DNA from: Alphaproteobacteria bacterium
GTDB lineage: Bacteria > Pseudomonadota > Alphaproteobacteria > GCA-2731375
Direction: 5' to 3'
Assembly: GCA_965225945.1 (NCBI GenBank)
Contig: CBDDBZ010000039.1
Location: 544,001-608,000 of the forward strand
DNA length: 64,000 bases
Positions within the stretch are counted from its first letter, which is position 1. Every line of letters starts with the position of its first letter. Below are positions 63,102 through 64,000 of this stretch, in pieces. The translations under genes and the position numbers were made by a program. The notes beneath the pieces are model-generated. The model searched no databases and had not been told where the DNA came from. It saw nothing but the letters and a program-made list of their open reading frames with translations.

Positions 63102-64000
63102 ATGTGCCACATCCGAGCCGCCTTCGCTCTCATGGTCATGCTGACCCTATCGTCTCTCGGCCATGGCGTGGGCGCCGTCGAGGTCGACATCACCAGGGGC
63201 AACGTCGACCCGCTGCCCATGGCGGTTCCCGACTTTCACGGCACCGAGGAGGAGTCCCGGCGCGTCGGTCGCGACATGGCGGGGGTGATCTCGGACAACC
63301 TGGAACGCACCGGCCTATTCAAGCCGGTCGACCGCAAGGCCTTCCTGGAACGGCCCGAGGACATGGTGGTGCAGCCGAACTTCTCGCAATGGCGGGTGAT
63401 CAACGCCCAGGCCCTGGTCACCGGCAAGATCGCGGTGAAGTCGGACGGCCAGCTCAGGGTCGAATTTCGCCTTTGGGACGTGTTCGCCTCGGAACAGATG
63501 GACGGCTTCGGCTACGAGACCACGCCGGGCAACTGGCGGCGAATCGCGCACATCATTTCCGATGCCATCTATAAGCGGCTTACCGGCGAGGAAGGCTATT
63601 TCGATACCCGAATCGTCTATGTCGCGGAGAAAGGGCCGCCGGACCGCCGGCAGAAGCGCCTGGCGATCATGGACCAGGACGGTGACAACAATCGTTTTCT
63701 CACCGACGGCAGCTATCTGGTGCTGACGCCACGGTTCTCGCCGAGCCGCCAGGAGATCACCTATCTCTCCTACTATCGCGACAAGCCGAGGGTTTACATT
63801 TACAACATCGACACCGGGCGCCAGGAGGTGTTGGGCGATTTCCCGGGCATGACCTACGCCCCCCGCTTCTCTCCCGACGGCGACCGGGTGATCATGAGCT
63901 TGGCGCAGTCCGGCAATTCCGAGATCTACACCATGGATCTCCGCACCCGGGTCATTCGTCGCCTGACGAGAAACCCGGCGATCGACACCTCGCCCTGCTA
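63102..64000 (+). CDS. tolB: TolB, truncated by the window end
   Basis: VDITRGNVDPLPMAVP, AHIISDAIY.RLTGE.GYFDTRI, MDQDG and PRFSP repeats. Confidence 0.95.
   Translation, partial: MCHIRAAFALMVMLTLSSLGHGVGAVEVDITRGNVDPLPMAVPDFHGTEEESRRVGRDMAGVISDNLERTGLFKPVDRKAFLERPEDMVVQPNFSQWRVINAQALVTGKIAVKSDGQLRVEFRLWDVFASEQMDGFGYETTPGNWRRIAHIISDAIYKRLTGEEGYFDTRIVYVAEKGPPDRRQKRLAIMDQDGDNNRFLTDGSYLVLTPRFSPSRQEITYLSYYRDKPRVYIYNIDTGRQEVLGDFPGMTYAPRFSPDGDRVIMSLAQSGNSEIYTMDLRTRVIRRLTRNPAIDTSPC

Overview
High-GC (roughly two-thirds G+C) alphaproteobacterial chromosome segment, Rhodospirillales-like by gene content and order (inference). The backbone is housekeeping: aspartate aminotransferase, panE, mreBCD-mrdA-rodA, ilvI-ilvH-ilvC, miaA, serB, degP, msrB, rlmN, dusA, class II DAHP synthase, gor, yebC-ruvCAB-ybgC-tolQRAB. 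It carries a heavy load of mobile DNA: two near-identical IS630 copies, a second IS630 type, an IS4-family element, two MITE-like palindromic elements, HigBA and an orphan BrnA. Several genes are broken by single events, which suggests early genome erosion. The most unusual locus is 28977-32517. Two secreted paralogues share a leader and tandem (A)CGACNPCAAKK cysteine repeats; one is a free 104-aa peptide, the other is fused to a cytochrome P460-like domain. Each is preceded by the same 28-bp palindromic motif at the same distance from a -10 box. Divergently transcribed are a secreted FGE/SUMF1-type protein with a CxxC and a His-rich DUF6969-like protein. All family assignments come from recalled motifs; no database search was run.
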